From an uncultured Candidatus Saccharibacteria bacterium (GTDB taxonomy: Bacteria; Patescibacteriota; Minisyncoccia; UBA6257; 1-14-0-10-44-23): a stretch of DNA of 53,770 nucleotides. A program made the translations under genes and the position numbers. The notes under the pieces are model-generated. The model ran no database searches. It saw only the letters and a list, made by a program, of their open reading frames with translations, and was not told the origin of the DNA. The stretch lies in contig CAYWPI010000001.1 of assembly GCA_964460325.1 (NCBI GenBank), positions 108,551-162,320 on the forward strand, given 5' to 3'. Shown piece after piece: positions 1 through 10,076 of the stretch; positions within the stretch are counted from its first letter, which is position 1; every line of letters begins with the position of its first letter.

Positions 1-1174
1 CTTGCCCTGAGCCTGCCGAACGGGCCGGTTTTACCTTATAAGCAACTGATGGAAAGCTTGAAAGTGTCGGAATATCAAACTCCCTCTCGATGCGCTCACT
101 GGCAATTTCAAAGTGAAGCCTACCAAGAAAGCCGCCCTTAAAGCCACGGCCAAGCACCTCACTCATATCCGGTTCAAACTTGAGCGCCGAATCTGAAAGA
201 CGCAACTTAGAAAGCGCTTTTTTAAAATCATCGTAATCCTCGGCATTTTCCGGATAAAAACTCACGAACACCACAGGTTTTGGTTCGCGATAGCCTGGCA
301 GCGCAATTTCCAACTTCTCGGTCTGCGTTGATGGTATCTTGTCGGTTATCGTGTCGCCAATTTTAAGCAGGTCGGGATCTTTAATGCCAGTGGCGATATA
401 ACCAGTTTCGCCCGCGGTTATCATTGGAGCAGTCTTCATCCCCGGCTTGAGATGACCAATATCCTTTGTTTTAACCTCAGCGCCAGTGGCTACCATATGA
501 TAGTTTTGGTTGAGCTTGAAGCTGCCTGAAAAAACACGGATATACGCGATGACGCCTTTGTGGTCATCATACTGACTGTCAAACACCAGTCCGCGCGCCG
601 CTTCAACAGTGAAATTCGGTTTTTGGGGCGGCGGGACATGTCTGATGACCGCGGCAAGAATATCTTTCACTCCAGCGCCGGTTTTGCCAGATGCCTTGAT
701 GATCTCCGACGGATGACAGTGCAATAACTCTGCCAGATCATTGACCGCCGATTCAATGAGCTCTTCGGGAGCGATATCAACCTTATTCACCACGCCTATC
801 ATCGTAAGCCCCGCTTTTTTTGCGCCTTCAAAGTTTGAAAGCGTTTGCGCCTGAATGCCCTGTGTTGCATCCACTAGCAAAATAGCCCCCTCAACGGCGG
901 CAAGCGCCCGGCTCACTTCATATGCGAAATCAGAATGTCCAGGAGTGTCGATGAGATTGAGAATATAATTCTTCCCCTCAAACACGTACTCCATGCGCAC
1001 CGGCGCCATTTTGATGGTAATGCCGCGCTCACGCTCCAAATCCATGGAATCCAAATACTGCGCCTGCATGTTGCGGTTTTCAACCGTATGCGTTTCCTCT
1101 AAGAGCCGGTCAGCCAAAGTGGACTTCCCGTGATCTATGTGGGCTGTAATTAAGAAATTTCGGATGTTATCCAT
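1..1174 (-). CDS. lepA: Elongation factor 4 (LepA), N-terminal ~390 aa; the C-terminus lies beyond the window start
   Basis: My own minus-strand translation from the ATG at 1174 reads MDNIRNFLITAHIDHGKSTLADRLLEETHTV...LIDTPGHSDFAYEVSRALAAVEGAILLVDATQGIQAQT...NKVD. These are translational GTPase G-motifs with a LepA-type N-terminus. The frame stays open to position 1. It is absent from the ORF track because it runs off the edge. Confidence 0.88.
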   Translation of the reverse strand, partial: MDNIRNFLITAHIDHGKSTLADRLLEETHTVENRNMQAQYLDSMDLERERGITIKMAPVRMEYVFEGKNYILNLIDTPGHSDFAYEVSRALAAVEGAILLVDATQGIQAQTLSNFEGAKKAGLTMIGVVNKVDIAPEELIESAVNDLAELLHCHPSEIIKASGKTGAGVKDILAAVIRHVPPPQKPNFTVEAARGLVFDSQYDDHKGVIAYIRVFSGSFKLNQNYHMVATGAEVKTKDIGHLKPGMKTAPMITAGETGYIATGIKDPDLLKIGDTITDKIPSTQTEKLEIALPGYREPKPVVFVSFYPENAEDYDDFKKALSKLRLSDSALKFEPDMSEVLGRGFKGGFLGRLHFEIASERIEREFDIPTLSSFPSVAYKVKPARSAGSGQ

Positions 1175-1288
1175 AAAGAAGCTGTATGGCAGATACTATC
1201 AGATTATCAGCGCTTTTGAAACCGCTTTAATAAATCACCACAACGCCGACTGGCGCTTTGCGATTATAAATGAGGGCACCTTTGCGGG

Positions 1289-2194
1289 TTATTTTATTTC
1301 CATGCCCCGCAAAGCAGCTATCCTCTCTTCTATCGGAGGGTGGGTCATAAACAGCTTATGCAGAAACGGAGTTTTCTTTTCGCCATTGAACGGATCATCA
1401 ATCCACAAGTGTGCTGTGCTGTTGTTGGCTGGCGGCATCGGCGTTTTATCTGTCGCAATTTTTTGCAAAGCATTTGCAAGCCCCTCTGGATACCGAGTTA
1501 AAAGCGCGCCGCTCGCATCAGCAAGTGCCTCGCGGCGGCGGGAAATCGCCAAACGCATGAGCGTGGCCGCGATCGGCGCCAAAATGGCAAACACCAGGCC
1601 CACAAGCATCATAATCGCCTGCGCCTGTCCCCCATTGCGATCACTGCCCGACCGACGGAACATAGTAGAACGCAAAAAGATATCTGAAAGAATGGCGATA
1701 AATCCAGCAAGCACCACAATCACCGTTGAAACAAGCATGTCCCGGTTACCGATATGGGAAAGTTCGTGCGCAAGCACACCTTCAAGCTCTGTTCGGTCAA
1801 GCCGCGCCAGAAGCCCAGTGGTTACGGCAATCACCGCGTGCTCGGGATTACGCCCCGTTGCAAACGCGTTAAGTTGGGGCTGATTCACAATATAGATTTT
1901 GGGCATCGGCAGGCCGGCGGTAATGCACAGATTTTCAACCATGCGATACAGCTCTTTATTATTCTCCATGCTCACGGGCTGAGCCCGGTACATTGCAAGC
2001 ACCAACTTATCTGAAAACCAATATGCCCATACGTTCATAAAAACTGCAAACGCAACCGCAAAGTAGAGAATGCTTGGATTCCCATATATCTGAGTGAAGA
2101 TCCAGCCGATACCAATCACGACAACAAAAAATAACGTGAGCATGAACCACGTTTTGCGGATATTACTGTCTCTGTGCGTATAAATTGAAGCCAT
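1289..2194 (-). CDS. htpX: HtpX-like M48 zinc metalloprotease, membrane-bound
   Basis: 301 aa with hydrophobic N-terminal segments, an HELSHI (HExxH) zinc motif and an M48/HtpX layout. It abuts the upstream gene's stop codon. Confidence 0.85.
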   Translation of the reverse strand: MASIYTHRDSNIRKTWFMLTLFFVVVIGIGWIFTQIYGNPSILYFAVAFAVFMNVWAYWFSDKLVLAMYRAQPVSMENNKELYRMVENLCITAGLPMPKIYIVNQPQLNAFATGRNPEHAVIAVTTGLLARLDRTELEGVLAHELSHIGNRDMLVSTVIVVLAGFIAILSDIFLRSTMFRRSGSDRNGGQAQAIMMLVGLVFAILAPIAATLMRLAISRRREALADASGALLTRYPEGLANALQKIATDKTPMPPANNSTAHLWIDDPFNGEKKTPFLHKLFMTHPPIEERIAALRGMEIK

Positions 2195-2449
2195 TTACCC
2201 TGTTAAATACGACTTGAGACGATTTTTGATAAACATTTTGCCATGATATGTCTTGAGATATTTTTCACGATGAGTAGCGTCCGCCTGACTGAGACATGCT
2301 TCAAAATAGATTAGCCTAAGAGGCCGCCTATCCTTCGTAGACTCTACAAACCCACACTGATGCGTCTCAAGTCGTTTCTTAATGTCCTTCGTATAGCCAA
2401 CATACTTTTGACCATCCTTGATACTTAGTAGCACGTATACATAGTGCAA
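2195..2449 (-). CDS. GIY-YIG (URI) nuclease-domain protein, stand-alone 84 aa
   Basis: N-terminus YVYVLLS..GQKYVGYT..RL..H fits the GIY-YIG motif. No additional DNA-binding domain is present. Confidence 0.72.
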   Translation of the reverse strand: MHYVYVLLSIKDGQKYVGYTKDIKKRLETHQCGFVESTKDRRPLRLIYFEACLSQADATHREKYLKTYHGKMFIKNRLKSYLTG

Positions 2450-2481
2450 TATAGCAACATTAAGAAATTTAACAGGGTGAA

Positions 2482-3039
2482 TTAGAACTGCACCTTCACC
2501 GGCTGCTTTTCAGCCTCACTGCCAACCGCAAAGAATACGTCTTTCTTGAAACCGAACATGCCGGCGATAAGGTTTGATGGGAAGGATTCGATTTTCGTGT
2601 TGAGATCCATGACCGTTGCGTTAAAGAACCGGCGGCTGGCCATCATCTTATTCTCTGTGTCAGACAGTTCACGCTGAAGCTCCAAAAAGTTCGTGTTGGA
2701 CTTGAGATCCGGATAGGCCTCTGAAACCGCAAACAAAGACTTGAGCGCGCCCGTGAGCATATCCTCACTCTTGGCTTTTTCCACCTGACTTCCACCCATA
2801 TTCATCGCTGCAGTGCGCGCCTTAGTTACGCTCTCCAGCACGCCACTCTCCTGTTTTGCATAGCCCTTCACCGTCTCGATAAGATTCGGGATAAGGTCGT
2901 ATCGGCGCTTAGACTGCACATCAATATCTGAAAGCGCCTCTTGCTTTCGATTGCGCAAGCGAATAAGGGCGTTAAAGGTAAAGATGACCCACAAAGCCAA
3001 AACACCGACAACAATGAGAACAATAGTTAATGTATTCAT
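2482..3039 (-). CDS. lemA: LemA family protein
   Basis: 185 aa with a single N-terminal TM helix and a LemA-type core (NALIRLRN...DVQSKRRYDLIPNL...). Confidence 0.85.
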   Translation of the reverse strand: MNTLTIVLIVVGVLALWVIFTFNALIRLRNRKQEALSDIDVQSKRRYDLIPNLIETVKGYAKQESGVLESVTKARTAAMNMGGSQVEKAKSEDMLTGALKSLFAVSEAYPDLKSNTNFLELQRELSDTENKMMASRRFFNATVMDLNTKIESFPSNLIAGMFGFKKDVFFAVGSEAEKQPVKVQF

Positions 3040-3193
3040 AGAAATTAGCTTTAAGCTGTTAGCTGCAAGCTTCTAGCTTTTAAGGCAAAAAAGTTGCAGA
3101 TGATTAATTTTTAATAGTATACCACCAAGGGGTTGCGAGTTCAATAAAAGAGAACCAAAATGTTGACAAACTGTATTCGTATGTTATTTTAAT

Positions 3194-3556
3194 GAAAGTC
3201 CCGTTGGCCGGCTCAACAATAGGACTGCTCTGGCACGACAACTGCCAGGGGCCATTGAGTCAGAAACGTGCTATACTCGTTCTTCCGCCTAGCTCCACTG
3301 CGAGAGCGGTGGAGCTAGGCACCCACCTTGGGGGATGGCGCACATTACCAGCACCTTGGTCTTCACAGACCCTTGCCGCTCAAACCGGCTCGAATAAGGC
3401 GCACGCGCTCAACCCCCACCATTTTGTTGTGAGTATGGCGCATCCCGCCTTGCCCACAACTCGCTTTGACGTCGTCGTTGTCGTCGCCGTCGCCGTCACG
3501 CGGAGGACCCTCCTCCGCATCTGGCCAGCTTTCCCTCGGGATTGCTGGCCTTTTTT
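3194..3556 (+). ncRNA. GC-rich structured RNA, family unresolved. RNase P RNA-like motifs are present, but the 5' end is uncertain and could lie at 3129.
   Basis: There is no credible ORF; the 154-aa track ORF runs through a terminator into groEL. GC is clearly above the flanks. TTGACA (3163-3168) with a 16-nt spacer and TATTTT lies upstream, and a hairpin plus T6 terminator lies at 3523-3556. An exact GAAAGUCC occurs at 3194-3201. A 15-bp hairpin with a GAGA tetraloop sits at 3288-3321. Three helices contain G-U wobbles on the plus strand that would be A-C mismatches on the minus strand, which favours the plus strand. Confidence 0.45.
3523..3556 (+). terminator. Intrinsic terminator of the plus-strand RNA locus
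   Basis: GGCCAGC...GCTGGCC stem with an inner UCC/GGA extension, followed by TTTTTT. Confidence 0.6.
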
Positions 3557-3568
3557 ATTTCTTCAATA

Positions 3569-3593
3569 CCAAAAACTCGCCTTTCGGCGAGTC
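3569..3593 (-). terminator. Intrinsic terminator downstream of groEL
   Basis: The minus strand reads ACTCGCC-GAAA-GGCGAGT followed by TTTTT, 10 nt after the groEL stop. Confidence 0.7.
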
Positions 3594-3602
3594 TTTGAAT
3601 AC

Positions 3603-5569
<1,967 letters not shown>

Positions 5570-5610
5570 AATGAATAATAAATATAAGTTGAATGACCTT
5601 TTGTGCAGGT

Positions 5611-5640
5611 AGTATACGGCGGGCGGGCGCCTTCAGTCAA
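5611..5640 (-). promoter_or_regulatory. Sigma70-like promoter of groES-groEL
   Basis: The minus strand reads TTGACT, an 18-nt spacer, then TATACT, about 40 nt upstream of the groES ATG. No CIRCE inverted repeat was seen. Confidence 0.5.
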
Positions 5641-5674
5641 CAAAAAAACCGCTTACGCGATTTCTTTGAAAAAG

Positions 5675-6628
5675 CTACTTATGCGCGCCAAACGCATCGT
5701 TCCTGTGAAGATATTCATAGATGTTAAGGATCGCCTTTACTGCATCGCCAGCAGAAATATTATTCTGTTTATACAGCACATCTGAAACATCGCCAGCAGA
5801 CCAAATGCCAACCTGACTACTCTGTTGGGTTTTGGGATCAGTCACAATCTCGCCAATGGGATTAAGCTCCACGATATCTTTGACAAACTCTGCATTGGGC
5901 AATGAGCCAATCTCCACAAACACGCCATCAACCTTAATCTCTTGCTCCTGACCCGTCTTGGCATCTTTATACTTCAGCCCTGTCACCATCTTGCCATCTC
6001 CAACCACCTCAGATGAAACGGCGTTATAAAGCATGGTAATTTTTGGATGATTTTTTACCTTTTCTTGCGTAACCGCATCACCTTTTAATACCTCACTGCG
6101 AATAATCATATAAATCTTTGTCGCATACGGAATAGAGTCCACAGCCGCCTCAAGACCGGCATTGCCCCCACCGACGATCGCCACAATCTTTCCTTTGAAC
6201 AGCGGCGCGTCGCACGTTGAGCAAAACACAACGCCCTTGCCGTCATATTTATCTTCGCCTGGAATACCAAGCCGACGACGCCGACTGCCACTGGCAACAA
6301 GAACTGTTTTTGCTTCGAACTCCTTTCCTGATTTTGTTGAAACCTTGAAATGCCCCTTCGGCGGATTGCCAACCTTTTCAATCTTATTCACCAGCTCGCC
6401 GTCAACAATCTCAATTCCTTCTTGCGCCCGCACATGACCCTCAAGATTCTGCGCGAGCTCAAGACCGGAGATGTTCTTAGTGCCAATCCAGTTTTGAATG
6501 TCATTTGAAACTAAAGACTGCCCGCCAAATGTTTCAGTCACAAGCAAGGTTTTGATTTGCTTTCGCGCGGCATAAACACCCGCGGCCACCGCCGCTGGCC
6601 CACCGCCCACAATAATCAATTCATACAT
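5675..6628 (-). CDS. trxB: Thioredoxin-disulfide reductase
   Basis: GGGPAA FAD fold at the N-terminus, a CSTC (CxxC) redox motif and a second GGGNAG fold. I placed the start at MYELIIVGGG (6628) rather than at the longer track ORF start (6682). Confidence 0.85.
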   Translation of the reverse strand: MYELIIVGGGPAAVAAGVYAARKQIKTLLVTETFGGQSLVSNDIQNWIGTKNISGLELAQNLEGHVRAQEGIEIVDGELVNKIEKVGNPPKGHFKVSTKSGKEFEAKTVLVASGSRRRRLGIPGEDKYDGKGVVFCSTCDAPLFKGKIVAIVGGGNAGLEAAVDSIPYATKIYMIIRSEVLKGDAVTQEKVKNHPKITMLYNAVSSEVVGDGKMVTGLKYKDAKTGQEQEIKVDGVFVEIGSLPNAEFVKDIVELNPIGEIVTDPKTQQSSQVGIWSAGDVSDVLYKQNNISAGDAVKAILNIYEYLHRNDAFGAHK

Positions 6629-6727
6629 AAGATATGATGAGTAGTCGATTAGACGAGTAGTTAATTGGACAAGATACCGCAACTTCTCTGGATCATTAAC
6701 AACTAGACTAATTAACCATTAGACTAG

Positions 6728-6961
6728 CTAACCGAGAACGGCTTTTTCTATTTCCGACTTATTAAACCCAACATAAATCTCGCCGTCGATGTCGATGACT
6801 GGAACCCCCAACTGGCCGGACTTGGTCACCATCTCCTCTCGTGCGGCATCATCTGCCGCCACGTTAAACTCTTGATACGGAATGTTTTTGGACTTCAAAA
6901 ACTCTTTGGCCATCTTGCAATACACACACGTCGGAGTCGAATAAATTTTGATTGATTTCAT
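6728..6961 (-). CDS. Glutaredoxin/NrdH-like small redoxin
   Basis: 77 aa with CVYC near the N-terminus, thioredoxin-fold size, and a GVPVI motif. Confidence 0.8.
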   Translation of the reverse strand: MKSIKIYSTPTCVYCKMAKEFLKSKNIPYQEFNVAADDAAREEMVTKSGQLGVPVIDIDGEIYVGFNKSEIEKAVLG

Positions 6962-6999
6962 ATTGCCTAATTTATTATCTTTAATTCGTATTTCGTAAG

Positions 7000-7662
7000 T
7001 TATTGTGCTAGTGCCGCTTCTATCGCCGCCTTAAATGTAGCATAAGGAACGGCGCCGGAAATGAGCTGACCATTCACAAATGATGCTGGCGTGCCATCCA
7101 CCCCTGCCGCCGTGCCATCTGCCATATCTTTAGCAACTTCATCCGCAAACTTACGCGTTTCCACGCACACCTTAAACGCCGCTTTGTCTAAACCAAGCTC
7201 ACCCGCAAGCTCGGTGTAATCCAAAGAGGCCAAGGTGCTCTGCCGCTCAAAGAGCGCGTCATGATACTGCCAGTAAGCCCCCTGATCACCAGCGCACTCT
7301 GCCGCCTCGGCAGCTGGCTGGGCCGATGGATGAAAAGAAAGCGGATAATCACGATACACCATTTTCACCTTTCCGGTTTTCACATAATCTTCTCGCATGG
7401 CTTTTTCGGTTTCTTGATACAAACGCTCACAAAACGGGCACTCGTAGTCGCCAAAGATAATCACAGTCACCGGCGCATCAGCTTGTCCCAGCACCACATC
7501 ATCATCAATCGTCGGCTCTTCATAGGTTGGCTCCGGTTCATAAACATCCTGCCCTGCTCTGCCATTAAAAGGCTGGCTATTCGGCTGATATACAATCGCT
7601 CCGGCAATAATCACGCCGGCAATAATAATACTGATCGGAATGAATAGTTTGTTGTTTTCCAC
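7000..7662 (-). CDS. DsbA-family thiol:disulfide oxidoreductase, membrane-anchored
   Basis: 220 aa with an N-terminal TM helix, a CPFC active site and a DsbA-like C-terminal part. Confidence 0.8.
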   Translation of the reverse strand: MENNKLFIPISIIIAGVIIAGAIVYQPNSQPFNGRAGQDVYEPEPTYEEPTIDDDVVLGQADAPVTVIIFGDYECPFCERLYQETEKAMREDYVKTGKVKMVYRDYPLSFHPSAQPAAEAAECAGDQGAYWQYHDALFERQSTLASLDYTELAGELGLDKAAFKVCVETRKFADEVAKDMADGTAAGVDGTPASFVNGQLISGAVPYATFKAAIEAALAQ

Positions 7663-7731
7663 GCTTTTTGAAAGAGATTAATGATTATTAAGTGTTTGGA
7701 CACACTATGCTTAATGATTGTATCATAGTCA

Positions 7732-7847
7732 TATGCGATTTCTAGTCAATTCTTCGGCTTCGCTCAGAACGAGAACCGCCCAAGCAACAAAGGTCTACTC
7801 ATTAGCCACTTGTAGTGAGCTTGCCGAACTATGCGATTTCTAGTCAA
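7732..7847 (+). repeat. 18-nt direct duplication (TATGCGATTTCTAGTCAA) of the start of the sugar-transferase gene, copies 98 nt apart
   Basis: Copy 1 at 7732-7749 and copy 2 at 7830-7847 are identical. Copy 2 contains the ATG of the 447-aa ORF. Confidence 0.9.
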
Positions 7848-9174
7848 AACTCGTGCGCCGCTTCTTATCCTTGGCGATCTGGTGCTTTTTTACGGAGCAC
7901 TCATATTAACGCTTTTAATCCGCTACCAAGAGGTTGATACAAACACGCTCAGCTTGCACCTTCCACCCTTTACTATTTCAGCAGTTTTCTGGATCGCCAT
8001 CTTTTTTATTGGGGGCCTATATGAAATAAAAGCATTGCGCACGAACGACTATTTTTATAATCACTTCTTGGCGCTTATCGCCGTATGTGCCGCGCTTACC
8101 GCCGTTATGTTTTATCTGATTCCCGCATTTGGCATTACCCCAAAACTCAACTTGGCAATTTTTGTCGGCACCTTTACCATCTTGGATTACTTCTGGCGCA
8201 TTCTTTTTAACGGCATCGTAAGTGTCAGCGCGCCCAAGACAAAAATGCTTATTATCGGCAGCAACCAAAGCGTAGAAGAACTCATCGCCCATCTTAAAGA
8301 GAATCCGCACCTTGGTTATGAAGTAAGTTTTTGGATGCGTGACGGGCTGCAGCATAAAACTGCCGCCGACATTAAAGAACTTATCAAAGGCAGCCACATC
8401 AATGTACTGGTTATTCCGGCCCATATTAAAAAAGACAGTCGATCGGCGCACGTCATTTATCAAAGCCTTCCCGTGGGTGTTGAAATTATCAACTTGGCTG
8501 ATTTATACGAAACCATTTTCCAAAAAGTTTCTCTTTCAGAACTTGAAGAAGCGTGGTTTTTGGAGCACTTGCCGCCCCCAAGTCAACGCAACAACAAGGC
8601 GCGCAACATTATCGAAGCATTGATGGCTTTTGCGATCGCCGCCATCACCCTGCCGCTCACCATTCTTGCCGCTCTCCTCATTAAACTCACCTCTCCTGGA
8701 CCTGTTTTTTATACGCAAAAACGCGTTGGCCAGCATCGTACTATTTTCAATCTCTATAAGTTTCGTAGTATGCATCATTCCAAAGCGCTTAATCCGGATG
8801 CGGATAGCACTCAACCCGCCTGGACAAGCCCCAATGACGCCCGCATCACACCGGTCGGAAAAATATTGCGCGCAACTCATATTGATGAGCTGCCGCAGCT
8901 GCTTAATATCATGCGGGGCGAAATGTCTTTCATCGGCCCGCGGCCCGAACGGCCCGAGTTTACCAAAGACCTGGAAAAGCAAATCCCTTTTTATGAACTG
9001 CGTTATCTGATACGCCCCGGCATCACCGGTTGGGCGCAAATTAATTTCCGGTATGCCGCCTCGGTTGATGAAGCATACGAAAAGCTGCAATATGATATCT
9101 ATTACCTTAAAAACCACTCGTTCTTCCGTGACGTGGTGATTATTCTTAAAACAATCAAAAAAATATTTCTATGA
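7831..9174 (+). CDS. Polyprenyl-phosphate glycosyl-1-phosphate transferase (WbaP/EpsL-type initiating sugar transferase)
   Basis: 447 aa with multiple N-terminal TM helices. The C-terminal bacterial sugar-transferase domain reads PGPVFYTQKRVG...MSFIGPRPERP...RPGITGWAQ. Confidence 0.85.
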   Translation: MRFLVKTRAPLLILGDLVLFYGALILTLLIRYQEVDTNTLSLHLPPFTISAVFWIAIFFIGGLYEIKALRTNDYFYNHFLALIAVCAALTAVMFYLIPAFGITPKLNLAIFVGTFTILDYFWRILFNGIVSVSAPKTKMLIIGSNQSVEELIAHLKENPHLGYEVSFWMRDGLQHKTAADIKELIKGSHINVLVIPAHIKKDSRSAHVIYQSLPVGVEIINLADLYETIFQKVSLSELEEAWFLEHLPPPSQRNNKARNIIEALMAFAIAAITLPLTILAALLIKLTSPGPVFYTQKRVGQHRTIFNLYKFRSMHHSKALNPDADSTQPAWTSPNDARITPVGKILRATHIDELPQLLNIMRGEMSFIGPRPERPEFTKDLEKQIPFYELRYLIRPGITGWAQINFRYAASVDEAYEKLQYDIYYLKNHSFFRDVVIILKTIKKIFL

Positions 9175-10076
9175 AAATTCTTGTCACGGGCGGAGCGGGG
9201 TTCATCGGAAGCCACGTAGTAGACGACTATATCGCCGCGGGCCACCACGTGCTTATTATTGATAATCTTTCAACGGGCAACCGCGCCAACATCAACTCAA
9301 AGGCAGTCTTTTATGAAATGGATATCAGAGACCGGGAGGCGGTGAAAGCTTTTATCGAACGGGAAAAGCCCGACATCATCAATCATCACGCGGCTCAGGC
9401 GGCAGTAACGGTTTCTGGGGCCAACCCAGCAGAAACATACGATATTAATGTAACCGGTACGCTCAATCTTCTCCTTGCATCAAAAGGTATAACAAAATTC
9501 ATTTTTATCTCCACCGGTGGAGCGCTCTATGGCGACCTTACCGATCATCTCTTTACCGAGCAAGACGCCCCTAAGCCCCTTTCAGCCTACGGCCTTTCAA
9601 AGTTAATCGGCGAACAGCTGGTGGCGTTCTATGCTCGCGAATACGGCTTCGCCTATACCATCCTCCGACTGGCTAACGCTTATGGACCGCGACAAAACCC
9701 CAAGGGCGAAGCGGGTATCTGCGCTATTTTCAGTCAGCTTCTGGCTCAAGGCGCGCAACCAACCATTTATAATAAAGACGCGACCCGCGACTATGTGTTT
9801 GTATCCGACATCGCCGCCGCAAACCTGCGCGCGCTTATAAAGGGAGAAAATCAAACTATGAATATCGGCACCGGCACTGAAACGAGCAATCAAACCGTAT
9901 TTGAAACCATCGCTGCCGAATATAAGTACACGGGCACTCCCCTCTACCAGCCAGCGCGAGCTGGCGAAGTGTATCGCACCGCGGTAAACGCAACACTCGC
10001 CAAGCACACATTAGATTGGGCTCCCACTGTTACCCTTGCGGAAGGAATCAAGAAAATCCATGACTGGAAGAATTAG
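9171..10076 (+). CDS. NAD-dependent sugar epimerase (UDP-glucose 4-epimerase family)
   Basis: VTGGAGFIGSH Rossmann motif and a YGLSK (YxxxK) catalytic motif. It has an ATGA overlap with the upstream gene. Confidence 0.85.
   Translation: MKILVTGGAGFIGSHVVDDYIAAGHHVLIIDNLSTGNRANINSKAVFYEMDIRDREAVKAFIEREKPDIINHHAAQAAVTVSGANPAETYDINVTGTLNLLLASKGITKFIFISTGGALYGDLTDHLFTEQDAPKPLSAYGLSKLIGEQLVAFYAREYGFAYTILRLANAYGPRQNPKGEAGICAIFSQLLAQGAQPTIYNKDATRDYVFVSDIAAANLRALIKGENQTMNIGTGTETSNQTVFETIAAEYKYTGTPLYQPARAGEVYRTAVNATLAKHTLDWAPTVTLAEGIKKIHDWKN

Noticed and set aside
1137-1883. 248-aa plus-strand ORF overlapping the lepA start and htpX.
   Set aside because: It is antisense to htpX, which has clear protease motifs, and has no recognisable features of its own.
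3129-3421. tmRNA (ssrA) hypothesis for the GC-rich RNA locus. The plus strand has GGGGUUG...CAACCCCCACCA. The minus strand has GGGGGUUGAG...UUCGAGCCGG...CCAAGGUGC, which resembles a tmRNA 5' end.
   Set aside because: There is no G3-U70 pair in any candidate acceptor stem. There is no T-arm (GGUUCGA-type loop closed by a 5-bp stem) next to the CCA end. One extra C breaks the acceptor register. No plausible tag reading frame ends in a hydrophobic tail. The minus-strand reading also conflicts with the G-U evidence favouring the plus strand.
3341-3421. An ~81-nt segment starting GGGGGAU and ending AACCCCCACCA, which looks like a long tRNA with an encoded CCA.
   Set aside because: No cloverleaf can be drawn. 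The only central hairpin has a 4-nt loop, and there are no D-arm or T-arm pairings.
5570-5674. A CIRCE (HrcA) operator upstream of groES.
   Set aside because: I looked for a TTAGCACTC-N9-GAGTGCTAA-type inverted repeat and none is present. Only a sigma70-like promoter is visible.
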